In this document: positions 25,026-37,806 of the stretch, in pieces
How positions within the stretch are numbered: the first letter of the stretch is position 1
How the letters are laid out: every line of letters starts with the position of its first letter
Assembly: GCA_002633005.1 (NCBI GenBank)
Contig: NMRA01000189.1
Span: 678,528-734,763 of the forward strand
Origin: Phoronis australis
Lineage: Eukaryota > Animalia > Phoronida
Direction of reading: 5' to 3'
DNA length: 56,236 nt
Notes under the pieces: model-generated
Databases searched by the model: none
Told to the model about the DNA's origin: nothing
What the model saw: only the letters and a program-made list of their open reading frames with translations
Translations under genes and position numbers: made by a program

Positions 25026-25207
25026 CTAATTGAATTTGTCTGGATATCGGCTCCTCATCCGTGCCACGGCCTCCTCCTTGGACACATCTGGAGCACCAGC
25101 ACTCAGCATTGGAGGGGCGTCAATTTCCAAACAAATTTCGAGGTCACTGGCTTCTCTTTTATTTCGCAACAAGTGTAAGGTATTCTTCCTTACTTCGTTC
25201 ACATACT
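25026..25207 (-). CDS. Probable last exon of the Kolobok transposase
   Basis: Acceptor gcttttcag| at 25208; YVNEVRKN...APPMLSAGAPDVSKEEAVARMRSRY resembles, from memory, the P..LS......KEEAV....SR(F/Y) tail of THAP-Kolobok transposases. Confidence 0.6.
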
Positions 25208-25824
25208 CTGAAAAGCACAACAACTGCAATTTAAAGTAAAAAACATTTTGAATCAATGATTTAAGTTAAACACGACGTCACCTAAGTGCAAGTTTTCGCC
25301 TACTTTTATAACCTTCAAGCAAAGGCCAAAACCAGAGTTAACCCTGTTTTATTTTTGAAGCANNNNNNNNNNNNNNNNNNNNNNNNNNNNNNNNNNNNNN
25401 NNNNNNNNNNNNNNNNNNNNNNNNNNNNNNNNNNNNNNNNNNNNNNNNNNNNNNNNNNNNNNNNNNNNNNNNNNNNNNNNNNNNNNNNNNNNNNNNNNNN
25501 NNNNNNNNNNNNNNNNNNNNNNNNNNNNNNNNNNNNNNNNNNNNNNNNNNNNNNNNNNNNNNNNNNNNNNNNNNNNNNNNNNNNNNNNNNNNNNNNNNNN
25601 NNNNNNNNNNNNNNNNNNNNNNNNNNNNNNNNNNNNNNNNNNNNNNNNNNNNNNNNNNNNNNNNNNNNNNNNNNNNNNNNNNNNNNNNNNNNNNNNNNNN
25701 NNNNNNNNNNNNNNNNNNNNNNNNNNNNNNNNNNNNNNNNNNNNNNNNNNNNNNNNNNNNNNNNNNNNNNNNNNNNNNNNNNNNNNNNNNNNNNNNNNNN
25801 NNNNNNNNNNNNNNNNNNNNNNNN

Positions 25825-25918
25825 CGGCCAGATGCTTGTCTTTGGGAAACCTAAATAGGGTCACGCCTTCCACCTGGCTGGTGTTAGCACAGTTGGCGCA
25901 CACACACCGATGTACCAT
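25825..25918 (-). CDS. THAP zinc-finger N-terminus of the transposase (continues into N-gap 25363-25824)
   Basis: MVHRCVCANCANTSQVEGVTLFRFPKDKHLA fits the THAP M..RC....C.N......LF.FPKD start. Confidence 0.85.
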
Positions 25919-28119
25919 GTCTAAATCACGCCAAGATTGAACGCTCCCTGTTCGTCTTCCACTGTTTTGTATGGGCGGTAAACTGCATGTGGGATATCGA
26001 TCTAGTTTGTGTTCCCCAACACCATGTCACGGTGTCAAAGGTCAACTTTTCGCGGATTTTTTTTATTTCCGCTTTTTAACGTAACTACAGACACAATAAC
26101 ATGATAATTGGAAGAAGATATATCAAACTAACAACATCTTGAAAATATTATTACAATTTAACATACTTAGACCTTGCAATTTACACTTTAAATTAGGTTT
26201 GAAACTGTCTACCCCGGTGCATGTTTAAACAAAATCAAACAGACAAGGGAGCACTGCAAGACTTGTACGGTTGAATTAACTACATGCCAAACAAATGGAT
26301 CCATTCTGATTGGTCTTATATGACCGTGTACAACTCCATGTTATCACTGTGTATTTTGAAGCGTAAGGTTCCCCATTAACATAAAATATAAGCGTTATGC
26401 CAACACGGTAGGAAAAATTTGACATGGTAAGTACTTTAAACAAGTAAACAAAGTATGAATCTGTTTTCCGTCTGATGTGGAAATGTGCAGGTGCAAACTG
26501 AATCATTTGATCTGCAAACAATGGAACAGTGCAAAATCATACTCATGAATTACATTACATGTAAAACTGTTGGATCAATATTTAATTAGTCCTACGTGTC
26601 CGTATGGAACTGTATGTTATCACCAAGTCTTTTGACGCACAGGGTTCTGATTTATATAAAATAGTAACGTTAGATTAACACGGTAGGAAAATTAGAGACA
26701 GTAAATATTTAAAAAAACAAGTAAACAAAGTTTGAATCTGTGTATCCGGTCTTATCTTGCATCAATATTTATCCAACCTTGGAATGTTGGAATTAATATA
26801 CATGTACAGTAAAATTTTAAATAGCTTAAGATAGAAAATATGCTAACATATATTTTCCTTAGTTTGACTCTGCTGAAACAGTTTTATTCGATGATTTGCA
26901 TCCGATGTAAGACTTAATTCTAATTTCAAACACGGAATTGCATACTAACTGTTACATAATAAGCATGTTCAGTGTTTGCTCGTGTGTAAAAGTCCCTGAG
27001 CGCAGCAACTCGTTCTGTGAAAAAATTTTTACAGTACGTTACACCAATTGGTTGGTAAAATTTAAGCTTCATCTATGCATTAATATTAGTAATGCATCTT
27101 CAAATACTGTTTCAACTTGAAAGCAACTGCCTATGTTTTGTTAAATTAATAAATTAATTGATTTTAACATCTCAGATATGTTATTATTTCCGCCTTAACT
27201 ACGCAACACATCGGTTGTATTTAGCATTGAAAACACGATTCTTTATTCTTTATAAATTTTACGATCTTGCTTTAATATTAGTGTTGTATGAAGTTTTAGT
27301 ACTAATAAAGTGTGTGCCATTTTCGTGTGGGATGCTTTCTATATTGTTTTTTCAGCATAATGGTTGCAACTCAAGAAAACTGATTCGATACCACGCTGTA
27401 CGAAGCTTGTACAGAGAATCTCAAGGGGTAAAGTATATTGAACAGATACATCACGACTGCTGGAAAATAAAAAGCACAATGAACAAAGTACATACATTAA
27501 AGGAAAAGTGACTTTAGATGAATCTTCTCTTTCAGACTCAGCGTGTTCCATTGGCACGTTGCATAAAATTGTATTTGTGACCTTTGTTAAGAAAAGCATT
27601 TAATGGCACTAGGCTGTAGCTGTGATGGACAATTTAAACGTCGAAAAATATTGATTCGGAACTATCACTATATTTTACGAAAACAGAGGAAGTAAAACGT
27701 CACTCGTGTGCCAATTTGGCTAACACTGGTAAGATTTTGCTGGTGCCTACTTTTTAGCTGTGTTTATCCGGTTTTGCAACTTCCTTCTATTCTATGGGTG
27801 CAATTTGCATGCTTACCCTGTCCACATATTTCTTATATTCAAATTTACGAATACTACTAATTGCACAATCCTATCAAGCTCGTTTTTCTCAAGAAACATT
27901 GCTTGAATTGATAACAAAAGAAACACGCTCATGTCATAGTATGGACAAATTTGCGAATGCATTGATTTTGGTAAAATGACTTGCAGGTTTATATTTATTC
28001 TATAGATAGTTGTTATTGTTCCTATTACATGTTTTACCATACAGAATTTTAGCTATTAACTAGATAGTATATTTTGTCCGTGAGAAGAATAATTGCTTTA
28101 ATGTAAGCCAGGCGATTTT

Positions 28120-28345
28120 AGAACTTGTACAGATATGCTTAAATTTAAGCGGGATTTGGGTTACACTTTGCTTAATTTTAAGCCAGAGTAGGAGATGTCG
28201 ACTCCAGAACTTGTACAGATATGCTTAACTTTAAGCAGGATTCATGTTACATGTACTTACATTAACCTTGTGCTTAATTTTAGGCTCGAGTAGGAGACGG
28301 CGCTGTTAAAGCAGATATTGTATTGTACAGATATTCTTAAATTTA
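28120..28345. repeat. Degenerate minisatellite with core (agaac)ttgtacagatatgcttaa
   Basis: Three units here, three at 43451-43655, two at 7157-7220 and two (rc) at 40628-40692. Confidence 0.65.
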
Positions 28346-30031
28346 TGCTGTATTTATGTTACTTGTTTCATTATTTATCAAAATCTGCCTTTAAAATCGT
28401 GACTTTGAACCAAAAGAGAAACTTTTAATGTTCAAGAGAACCGGTGCCACTACGTCAGTACCCTTTTCCGAATTTGTGGCGTTGGACACCTCTTACATCG
28501 AGTCTGTTGCTCGTATGATGTCGGAGAGATCGTGCACTATTCTGATGTACTGTCTTCTATTGATCAAAGCTTTTTGATAGACCTAGGACTACTTGCTCCA
28601 GAATACTGTGAACTAACGGATGTGGTCAAGTTGGGGGTTTTCTGCAGGAAAACACAGCTAAACGTCTTGTTTTGAGTAACAGGAAGTGTAGTGAAAGTAC
28701 ATGTACATATGTTGAGCGGAAACCCATTGTTTTGTTGCATCGTCACCGTTGCATTGAAATGAATTTTGAATGGCGTGGGGTGGAATTTCTGCAAATGAGT
28801 AGTGGGGGCATGGTACTGTTTACCCCACGTGACAGCATTGGTGGGCTGACAATGCCAACGTACAGTGTACGAGCACACCGTGTGAACTAAGTGGATAGAT
28901 GTATTCCTCGGAGCCTTTACTATCCAATATGGAAAAACGAAAAAGAACTAGCTCCTAGCATATGCTTTCAAGGGATTTTAGAGTTAACATCTAGGTGAAC
29001 ACTTTTGCAACGAGATCTGACAGTGGCAAAGAGTGGTAAGACGGTTCCTTTCATTACACGTGGCGTGGTTTCAGAGCCTCTATTAGGTTTACATGTGTAC
29101 ATACTTGGAGGAAGAGGGGGGGGGGGGGGNGTGAGCGCCTCACCATCCACACAGTAACCCAAATCGACAGAGTTAATTTTTACTTGGGTTGGTGTCATAC
29201 ACCAACATTCGCCACTCAAGACTGTCGCAAGTGATGACGGTCGTTATGTTTTCCCATATTACACAGGCGAATAAAAGCGATGAATTATAGAGGACATTTG
29301 TTGACACAAAGGCGTAAAAATGTTCTTCCTATCAACCTATCCACAATGTCTTCATCTATACTAATATGACAATGGCTCAGGCAGCAACTATCCAACAATT
29401 CTTCTATGACTGTACCTCTCTCCTAATGGAATTTGAAGGAAAACTTTAATGAGAGTGAGAAAATGATGTCAGAATTTGCGCATGTTAGACTGATTACAAC
29501 AACAGGGTGAGTTGCATTGTGTAGGAAATAATTCTCAGACTCTTAATATAAACCGTAAACAAGGGTGTGACAAACTTGGCACATCTAGATCCCAAATTAA
29601 TTTAAATTTTGTCAATGAACCATTGTCTGGTTGGAAGACATTGGAAATAACCAAAATAGCTACATTTTCAGACCTGTAAAATTGGCCCAATCAAATTTTT
29701 AGTATTTGAAAAAGAAAAAGAGACATCTCAATGTCAATTTTATATTTTTTAGAGTTTCAACCAGTAAACTGGAGTCATTTAAATGTGGGGAATTCTATGA
29801 ACTTTCGAGTTCACGCAACCATTTGACCTGTTCAATGATACTTAAATAAAAGGGAGATGAATAATTTACGTCCCTGGTTTATAAATTTGGCCATGAATTT
29901 ACGACCACAGCTAATTTTAACTCACAGTTATGCATGCAAAAGGTATATATTACAACAAAATTGTTGTCCATATAATTCCCACATGAGTAATTAGCACTGT
30001 GCTTAATTTGAACAATGATGCCGATTAAAAC

Positions 30032-30124
30032 ATCATTCACATTTAGTCCATAGTCCAATAATAGGTTCACCACATCGATGTGATCATTCGTTGAGGTGTA
30101 GAGAGGTGGTGCCCTTCTCAGTGA
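30032..30124 (-). CDS. Ankyrin-like exon (SLRRAPPLYTSTNDHIDVVNLLLDYGLNVND), duplicate of 45304-45396; weak splice sites
   Basis: tcccag| acceptor, GAT|gtttta donor, 93 bp, phase 0, HIDVVNLLLDYG.NVN motif. Confidence 0.55.
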
Positions 30125-30424
30125 CTGGGATTTGCTGTCTTCGTAGACAAATGCTAACGCGTCATGGCAAACTTCACGTGACAATCAACAAATAAAAGAA
30201 TATACTGCAAGCAAAAAATCAGCAGCGATTCTTTGATAACGAGGTTGGGTGTCAGAGTCAGGAGATAGTGTCTCCCGTTGTGTAAGGAATCATTGTCATT
30301 TTCTTTAGAATTTAAAAATAGCGTGCTTTCAACAAGACATTGTCATACAACCATAGAGCCCGCAATCTGGCTAAATTAAAACGGAGGCTCTTAATGCAAA
30401 GACGGTCCCTTCTCTGTACTGCAG

Positions 30425-31820
30425 ATTATGTCCCTTGTTCTCGGTCTGGTCATCTCTGCTCTCACCTTTAACCTTCATTTTCGGGCAAAACATATCCCCG
30501 GCTACACTAAAATCATCGCTGATGCACTTTCTCGTTTCAACTTTCAGGTCGCCTTTTTGCAGGGTTCTTTGCTCAGCCCCCCGACATCGATCCCGCCGCA
30601 TCTCTTGACAGTGTGACCAGACTGCTCCGGGCTTCCCTGGCCCCCTCCACTCTTCAGTCTTACACCCGCATCCTGCGTAACCTCGCACAGTTTCACCTCT
30701 CCTCTAACACCTCTCCGTTAACCTTGCCCATTAATACCTCTTTCCTGGCCCAATACATCTCTTATCTTTTCGAATCTGGCCTTAGTAGCTCGTCTATCCA
30801 GTCCTATGTCTCTGGCATTGGTTTTGTCCACAAGCTCGACAACCTCTCTGACCCCACTTCCTCCTTTTTCATCAAAAAACTCCTCAAAGGCGCTTCTAAT
30901 CTTCCCTTTTCTTCTGACACACGCATGCATATTACTTCAGCTTTGCTTTACCGCTTGTTTGATACCTGCCCTTCAGCCCTCGGTTCTTTCGCCGACTCAA
31001 TTCTCGCACGTGCCATGTTCCTCCTTGCCTTCCATGCCTTCCTCCGAGTCGGTGAGTTCACAGTTACCTTCTCGCTCTCATCTCACGTCATACAGGTTAG
31101 CGACGTCGTCTTCCCACACTCTGGCATCACTATGCGTACCTTCAAGCACAGCTCGGGACCAGTCTCACTTACGATTCCGTCCAGTCGATCTCCCCTTTGC
31201 CCGGTAGCTGCCCTCACCTTGTACCTTTCTACTTTTCAGCCCTCTCCAGGCCACCTGTTCCAACACCTCTGTGGATCACCGGTTACTCGTTCGTGCTTCA
31301 ACACCATGTTAAGTACAGTGGTTTCCTTTGTCTGATACGTCACATAGCTTTTGCATCGTTGCCGCCACCTCAGCGGCCAGCCGTGGGGTCCCTGAACCGG
31401 TGATCCAGCGCATGGGGCGCTGGAAATCTGGCGCAATAAAACACTACATTAGCATGTCTGCCTTTTCCTCTTCCCTAGGCTTCCTGAACTCCCGGTGAGC
31501 CTGTTGTTGCAGCTCCCCATTTCTCTCACTTTGCTTTTCAGCCCCTCCCACTGCTCCGGGTTTGTGGTTTCAGCCCCCAGGTCGGGTCTGTTGTTACACC
31601 CGGCCTCCTCCCGTTCGCAGGTCTGTTGTTGCAGCCTGCGGCCAAAGGTCTGTTGTTGCAGCTTTTCAATTTCTAGTCATTAGTTCTAGCTACCTTTACT
31701 TCCATTGTTTCATTTCCTTAGCACTTTGTTATATTCTGTTTTTTATATTCTAGAATTTATATTCTAGTGTTATGTTATACCGTTATTAGTACCTTTATTT
31801 TATCATAGTCTAACCTTGTT
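30425..31820 (+). mobile_element. Truncated second copy of the DIRS element (RNase H end + YR + 3' region)
   Basis: Reverse complement of 12471-13872; RAKHIPGYT..ADALSR followed by YR. Confidence 0.92.
30613..31498 (+). pseudogene. DIRS tyrosine recombinase, copy 2
   Basis: 240-aa ORF stops at 31335; the remainder is in another frame, with HSFR changed to HSFC (catalytic Arg lost). Confidence 0.9.
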
Positions 31821-32883
31821 ATTGCCCGGGATTCGCTTCCTCGGATGGGCGATTTCAGCATTCCCATGCTGCTATTATGGCGTTTTGTCCATGCCCATCT
31901 TGGAGAGCCTTATTTGGTTTTATATATTTACGTCATAATAAATGACATTATTCGCAATCCTCCTCTTGTTTTACTCTGCAACTTAGCTCGTGGCGTAGTA
32001 CTGAGTAATGGGTACTAAATTGACAACAGCACGTGGAAACGGCAGACTCCACAATTACAGCCTGATTCAGGAAAGAATTGGTACAGTTTAGTACTTTTTA
32101 AATCGTTATGTATTGGGTTAAATCGATGTGCTCGGACAACGATTCCTCGCCACTGTAAGCTCCCCGGAGTTGGGAGTGACGAGGTCCACGTCCAGGTAAT
32201 AATTTTCGAAGTGCTTAGTGCTAGCTTAATTATTTATAGCTTTTAATTTAAGCATTTTATATGATTTATCAGGGTTCAAAAATTCACAATAAGGTCTCAA
32301 TAAACTAGCGAATAGGCGTTCAGGACACGCTTTTTCGTAGATTTTTCGAATCAATGTCCAAAAGTGAATCTTTTTGGCCAAATAACACATTTCCGACATT
32401 GTCCGACAAACGAAGTATAGAAAATGTACAAATTGGATTCTGCTATGAGGAATCATTTGGCACACTGCTTAAAGATTGTATTTAATGTGTATATGGTTTC
32501 GAGTTAAACAGATTTTGCAAGCTATAACATTGCAGTTAGATTAAATTGAAGTTATAACAAAAATGTAAATGACAAAATAGTCACTAAATATGTGTATATA
32601 CCACGTAACGGCACATCATGTTATAAAAACATTTTATTCTAACATTTTCTTAAATATCGCACCGTAAACCTTCGCGAACATCTTTAATTATAGATGCGAG
32701 GAACAATACACGTCCCTGACTTATATTTTAATCACTATTACCCTCTTTCAAGGTTCAGGTACATATCTAATGCAGAAGTTACAGCAAAATCCAAGTATCC
32801 TACAAATTGTCACACATGTATCAGTACTTAGCGTATGAAGCAACTGTTGTGTTTAAATTAAAAAATTGGTTCGATTACGGTAC

Positions 32884-32979
32884 CTTATCATCCACCTTTG
32901 CTCCATTGTCCAACAATAGCTTCACCGTCTTGACGTCATCTCTTCGAATTGCCGAGTATAGAGGGGGGAAAGGGCTCCA
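32884..32979 (-). CDS. Ankyrin micro-exon C' (WSPFPPLYSAIRRDDVKTVKLLLDNGAKVDDK)
   Basis: ttcacag| acceptor, |gtaccg donor, 96 bp, phase 0; paralogue of 12065-12160. Confidence 0.85.
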
Positions 32980-34925
32980 CTGTGAATTAAAATAACACCT
33001 ATGCTTACTGATAGGCCATTGTACTGAAATTGACAAGTGTTCCTATACCAAGTGTGCATACACCCGTTTCAAGATACAATAGGTTGACTTTCAAACATTT
33101 TTAAACGACTGCTTTGTACATGTACATTTCAAACAAAAAATCAAAAGATACATTCTTTTCAATTTTCACACGTCAACAAAATTGAAAACTAAGTAATCAC
33201 GCAAGCAGATCATTTGAAAAAAAGTTCCATACATGATATCTTCGGACTCAAGTCACTCCTGACTGATACACACAAAGAGCACAGAGTCTTCAGGAAAACA
33301 CCTTCACCTTATTTTCACCATCGACGACATTTTTCTAGTTTACAGCGTCTTTTTGTGAAACATTCCATGTCCGTATCTAAAGAATATTCCTCTGACATGA
33401 CTTACATCGTGATAACAATTTGCGCTGTAGTTAAAGTTGGGGCTTGCGATTTTTAGCACAAAATCCCCTTTTTAATCACTTTTCAAAATGTGCAACATTT
33501 CTAAAAAGCAATTAGCACCACAACTTTAGACATTAAAAGCTTGGAGAGACATTACGCAATCTATATTACTTTCTGAAATCCTAAAAAGGTCAGACACCAA
33601 GGCTTCCATAATGCAACGAACTTGAAACAAAATGATCAAAACAGCGGCGGTGTAAGCAACACCTGATGTTAAGACACTCTTGAAAGTATGTACTTTTTGC
33701 ACTCCTGCCAAGCACCACATATTTATAGGACATCTCATGTTTTGCATTTCTTGAATGGTAGCCATCCCCTTTAGTTCTACAAATTTGTAGGTTGAGATCT
33801 TTTGAAACGGTTAAAAATATTTGTACATGATTCATAACTTTAAGTAACTCAATTGTCATTCAGTGTTATGATATCTATTTATAAATGGCACAAAGCTTAC
33901 AAGACAATCAATTGTTTTGAAATCAAATAAAACTTTCTGTAAATAACTACAGTGTAGTTGAAGGTTTATAATAACTCATTCAACATTAATGAATGATTGA
34001 ACTTTGATAAGAACTATGTACAAATAATATTGGCAAACAAATTCGATAGATTAACTTCGGTTTAAAGAGTCGTAAATAATGACCATGATTTGTAAGTAAG
34101 GTTACGCAGCTGATATCACAGGAAAATAATAAGAAAAACATTTGAATCTGAGTATTTTAAATTATTTAATAATGAGAGCAAAACAATTTCATATGTAGTT
34201 ATACTGTAGGTCACTGGCTGCTGAAAAATTGCATTTGATATAGGATTTCACATTAGCACCCATCGACAGGTTCAACAGTTAGCAAAGTTGAAATTCACTT
34301 CTTCAAAAAGTAGTTAAGCAAACCAAACCTAGTGGAGTGTTTGTAAACGATTTGGTAGCTTTTGAACTCTGCTAGTTAAACTAAACACTTGCAGAGATTC
34401 AGATCCCATTCAATCTTTCATTGTTCAGTGTTTTCGCGTTGTCACAATACGGACTGCTTCACTAATCAGTTTACAGGCCTACTTAGTTTAAGTGAATAAT
34501 TTATGCTAACTTATTGAAGGTTCTATCTGCAAATTCCAATACAATTAAAATTCAGTCATTTCTTTACTAGTACTGTCATTTGAATTAAATAAGTACTTAT
34601 TTATAAATCATCATTTATGTATAAAGAAACACCAGGATGATGACTAAAGATGCCGCATTGGTAAAATATAGTTTATGAATGGCTTAGCGTTGTTATTAGT
34701 AGTAGTAGTAGTAGTCATAATAAATCAAATACAAACAATTCTGTTAAAGACAATTGAAACACTTCATACTCCATGATTTCGGCTAATTCAAGTTTTTGAC
34801 CTTATCATCCCAAGGATGTTAAGTTTAAATTAAGTATAATCAAAATAAAATTCACGGGACGGCGCAAATTTTTTTGTTTGGCAAACATTTCGAAAATGAG
34901 ATTGCGGATTCATCTTCTTTATTAC

Positions 34926-35003
34926 CTTATTAGGTTCTGCTCCATGCTCTAACATCAGCTGCACCATTTTGTGGTCGGAATATCTTACTGCCATCTCCAA
35001 CAC
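34926..35003 (-). CDS. Ankyrin micro-exon B3 (VLEMAVRYSDHKMVQLMLEHGAEPNK)
   Basis: gcacag| acceptor, |gtaata donor, 78 bp, phase 0. Confidence 0.8.
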
Positions 35004-36329
35004 CTGTGCAACAAAAAGAATCCATAACAAAATACAACTAAAGAATTATAAGGACATGCAATTTAAATGAACCAAAGTAGTAAGAAGTATTGAAAAAGTA
35101 AGTGGCAATGTTTTATAACTCAATTGCAACGTTTTACATCAACAGACAAAGACAATTGTTACTTAACATACAAATAATCTCGAAATTCAGAACTTGCAGG
35201 CCTAAATGAACTGGAAAAACCTACCCCTGCCTACATGTCTTGAAAGAGATGAACAGGGAAAAACAAAAGCATAAATTAAAAACGTTGACTTTCTGGTGAG
35301 CGACAAAATGTCTTGTTTTCATGGTCGAATTTGCTTTGCACTCCGCAATAACGCACGGCTTCCTACACCCATTTGGATTTTTGCGGTGTGCACTATCACA
35401 ATTGTACAGTACATTAATTGACTAGATAATTGAATTTGTCCCATAAATTGTCCCGAGCAGTGATTTGAATATTCTGAAGTTTCGTCCCATTCAAGTGCTA
35501 TGATCATAAAGTTCACGTATACACACATAGGGACAGTACATACTGCTGCTAACAAATTGAACTGCTGTTTAGTCCTAAAATACAATCTGTTTGATTGCAT
35601 TACTGTATTTTTATTCAGTTCCTAAGTTACCATAACGTCCACAGCTTTCTTTAGTGCCTTCTTTAATCCACCAGTAAATCGCGGCGTGAATCAGTTCTAA
35701 TTCAGATCCCATTCAACATTTCTTTGTTAAGTGTACTTGCAGTGTCGCAATATGGGCTGCTTCACTAATCAGTTTACTGGCCTACTACGATTATGTGAAT
35801 AATTTATGCTAATTTATTGCCGGGGCCATCAGCAAAACCCAATACCTTTAAAAATGAAAAACCAAAAATTCATTCATTGGATTTCGATGAAAGACAGTAA
35901 CTTCATTTCTTTTCTTTTCGAGTACTACTGTTTTAATAATACATCATTTGAACAACACAAGTATTTACTTATAACTCATCATTTATGTCTAAAGAAACTC
36001 AAGTATAATGACAGAAGCTGTCTCATTGATAAATGAGTAGTAGTATTATGTAGTTTAACTAAGTATAGTTTATGTTAAATAATGAGTGGCTTAGCATGTG
36101 TAGGTAGTCGTAATTAATCAGTTACAAGCAATTTTGTTAAAAAGAATCGAAACACTTCATGCTCCATGAGAATAGATTTCAGTGTACGTCAAATTTTTGA
36201 CCTTATCATCCCAAGGATGTTAAGCCTAAATTAATAAGTATAGTCAAAATAAAATTCACGGGACGGCGCAAATATTTTTGTTTGGCAAACATTTCGAAAA
36301 TGATATCGCAGATTCATCTTCTTTATTAC

Positions 36330-36407
36330 CTCATTAGGGTCTGCTCCACGCTCTAACAGCAGCTGCACTATTTTGTGGTCGGAAAATCTTACTGCCTGCT
36401 CAAACAC
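36330..36407 (-). CDS. Ankyrin micro-exon B2 (VFEQAVRFSDHKIVQLLLERGADPNE)
   Basis: gcacag| acceptor, |gtaata donor, 78 bp, phase 0. Confidence 0.8.
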
Positions 36408-37728
36408 CTGTGCAACAAAAAGAATCAATAACAAAACACAACTACAGAAGTGTAAGGACATGTAATTTAAATAAACCAGCGTAGTAAGAAGTAATGAAAA
36501 AGTACGTGGCAATGTTTTATAACTCAATTGCAACGTTTTACATCAACAGACAATTGTTACTAAACATACAAATAAACTCGAAATTCCCAACTTGCAGGCC
36601 TAAATGATCTGGAAAAATCTACCCCTGCCTACATGTCTTGAAACAGATGAAAAGGGAAAAACAAAAGCATCAATTAAAAACGTTGACTTTCTGGTGAGTG
36701 GCAAATTGTCTTGTTTTTATGGTCGAATTTTTTATACACTCCCCAACAACGCACGGCTTCCTACACCCATTTGGATTTTGGCCGTGTGCACTATCACAAT
36801 TGTACTGTACATTAATTGACTAGATGATTGAATTTGTGCCATAAATTGTCCCGAGCAGTGATTTGAATATTCTGAAGTTTCGTCCCATTCAAGTGCTATG
36901 GTCATAAATTTCACGTATACACACATAGGGACAGTACATACTGCTGCTAACAAATTGAACTGCTGTTTAGTCCTAAAATACAATCTGTTTGATTGCATTT
37001 CTGTACGCATATTCAGTTGCTAGGTTACCATCACGTCCCCAGCTTTCTTTAGTGCCTTGTTTAATCCACCAGTGAATCACGGCGTGAATCAGTTCTAATT
37101 CAGATCCCATTCAACCTTTCTTTGTTAAGTGTAATTGCGGTGTCGCAATATGGGCTGCTTCACTAATCAGTTTACTGGCCTACTACGTTGAAGTGAATAA
37201 TTTATGCTAATTTATTGCCGGGGCTATCAGCGAAACCCAATACCTTTAAAAATGAAAAAAACAAAAATTCATTCATTGGATTTCGATGAAAGACAGTAAC
37301 TTCATTTCTTTTCTTTTCGAGAACTACTGTTTTAATAATACATCATTTGAACAACACAAGTATTTAATTATAACTCATCATTTTTGTCTAAAGAAACTCA
37401 AGTATAATGACAGAAGCTGTCTCATTGATAAATGAGTAGTAGTATTATGTAGTTTAACTTAGTATAGTTTATGTTAAATGATGAGTGGCTTAGCATGTTC
37501 AGGTACTCGTAATTATTCAGTTACAAGCAATTTTGTTGAAGAGAATCGAAACACTTCATACTCCATGAGAATAGATTTCGGCGTACGTCAAATTTTTGAC
37601 CTTATCATCCCAAGGATGTTAAGCCTAAATTAATAAGTATAATCAAAATAGAATTCACGGGACGGCGCAAATATTTTTGTTTGGCAAACATTTCGAAAAT
37701 GATATCGAGGATTCATCTTCTTTATTAC

Positions 37729-37806
37729 CTTGTTAGGGTCTGCTCCATGCTCTAACAGCAGCTGCAACATTTTGTGGTCGGAACATGTTACTGTCTGCTC
37801 AAGCGC
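37729..37806 (-). CDS. Ankyrin micro-exon B1 (ALEQTVTCSDHKMLQLLLEHGADPNK)
   Basis: gcacag| acceptor, |gtaata donor, 78 bp, phase 0. Confidence 0.8.

Larger units (their letters stand above)
21674..26187. mobile_element. Kolobok-type DNA transposon, copy 2 (both ends present)
   Basis: TTAA (21670-73) | AGTGTAAATTGCAAGGTCT ... AGACCTTGCAATTTACACT | TTAA (26188-91): perfect 19-bp TIR with RR...YY ends. Convergent KolX-like and THAP-transposase genes. Confidence 0.93.
26777..30182 (+). repeat. Direct segmental duplication of 42106-45454
   Basis: Colinear high-identity match from ccttggaatgttgg to aaacttcacgtgac. Its first ~1.7 kb is also a more diverged paralogue of 6150-7324. Confidence 0.95.

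Noticed and set aside
28672-28890. ORF conserved with 43987-44199
   Set aside because: Conservation is explained by the recent segmental duplication; no motif or clear splice signals.
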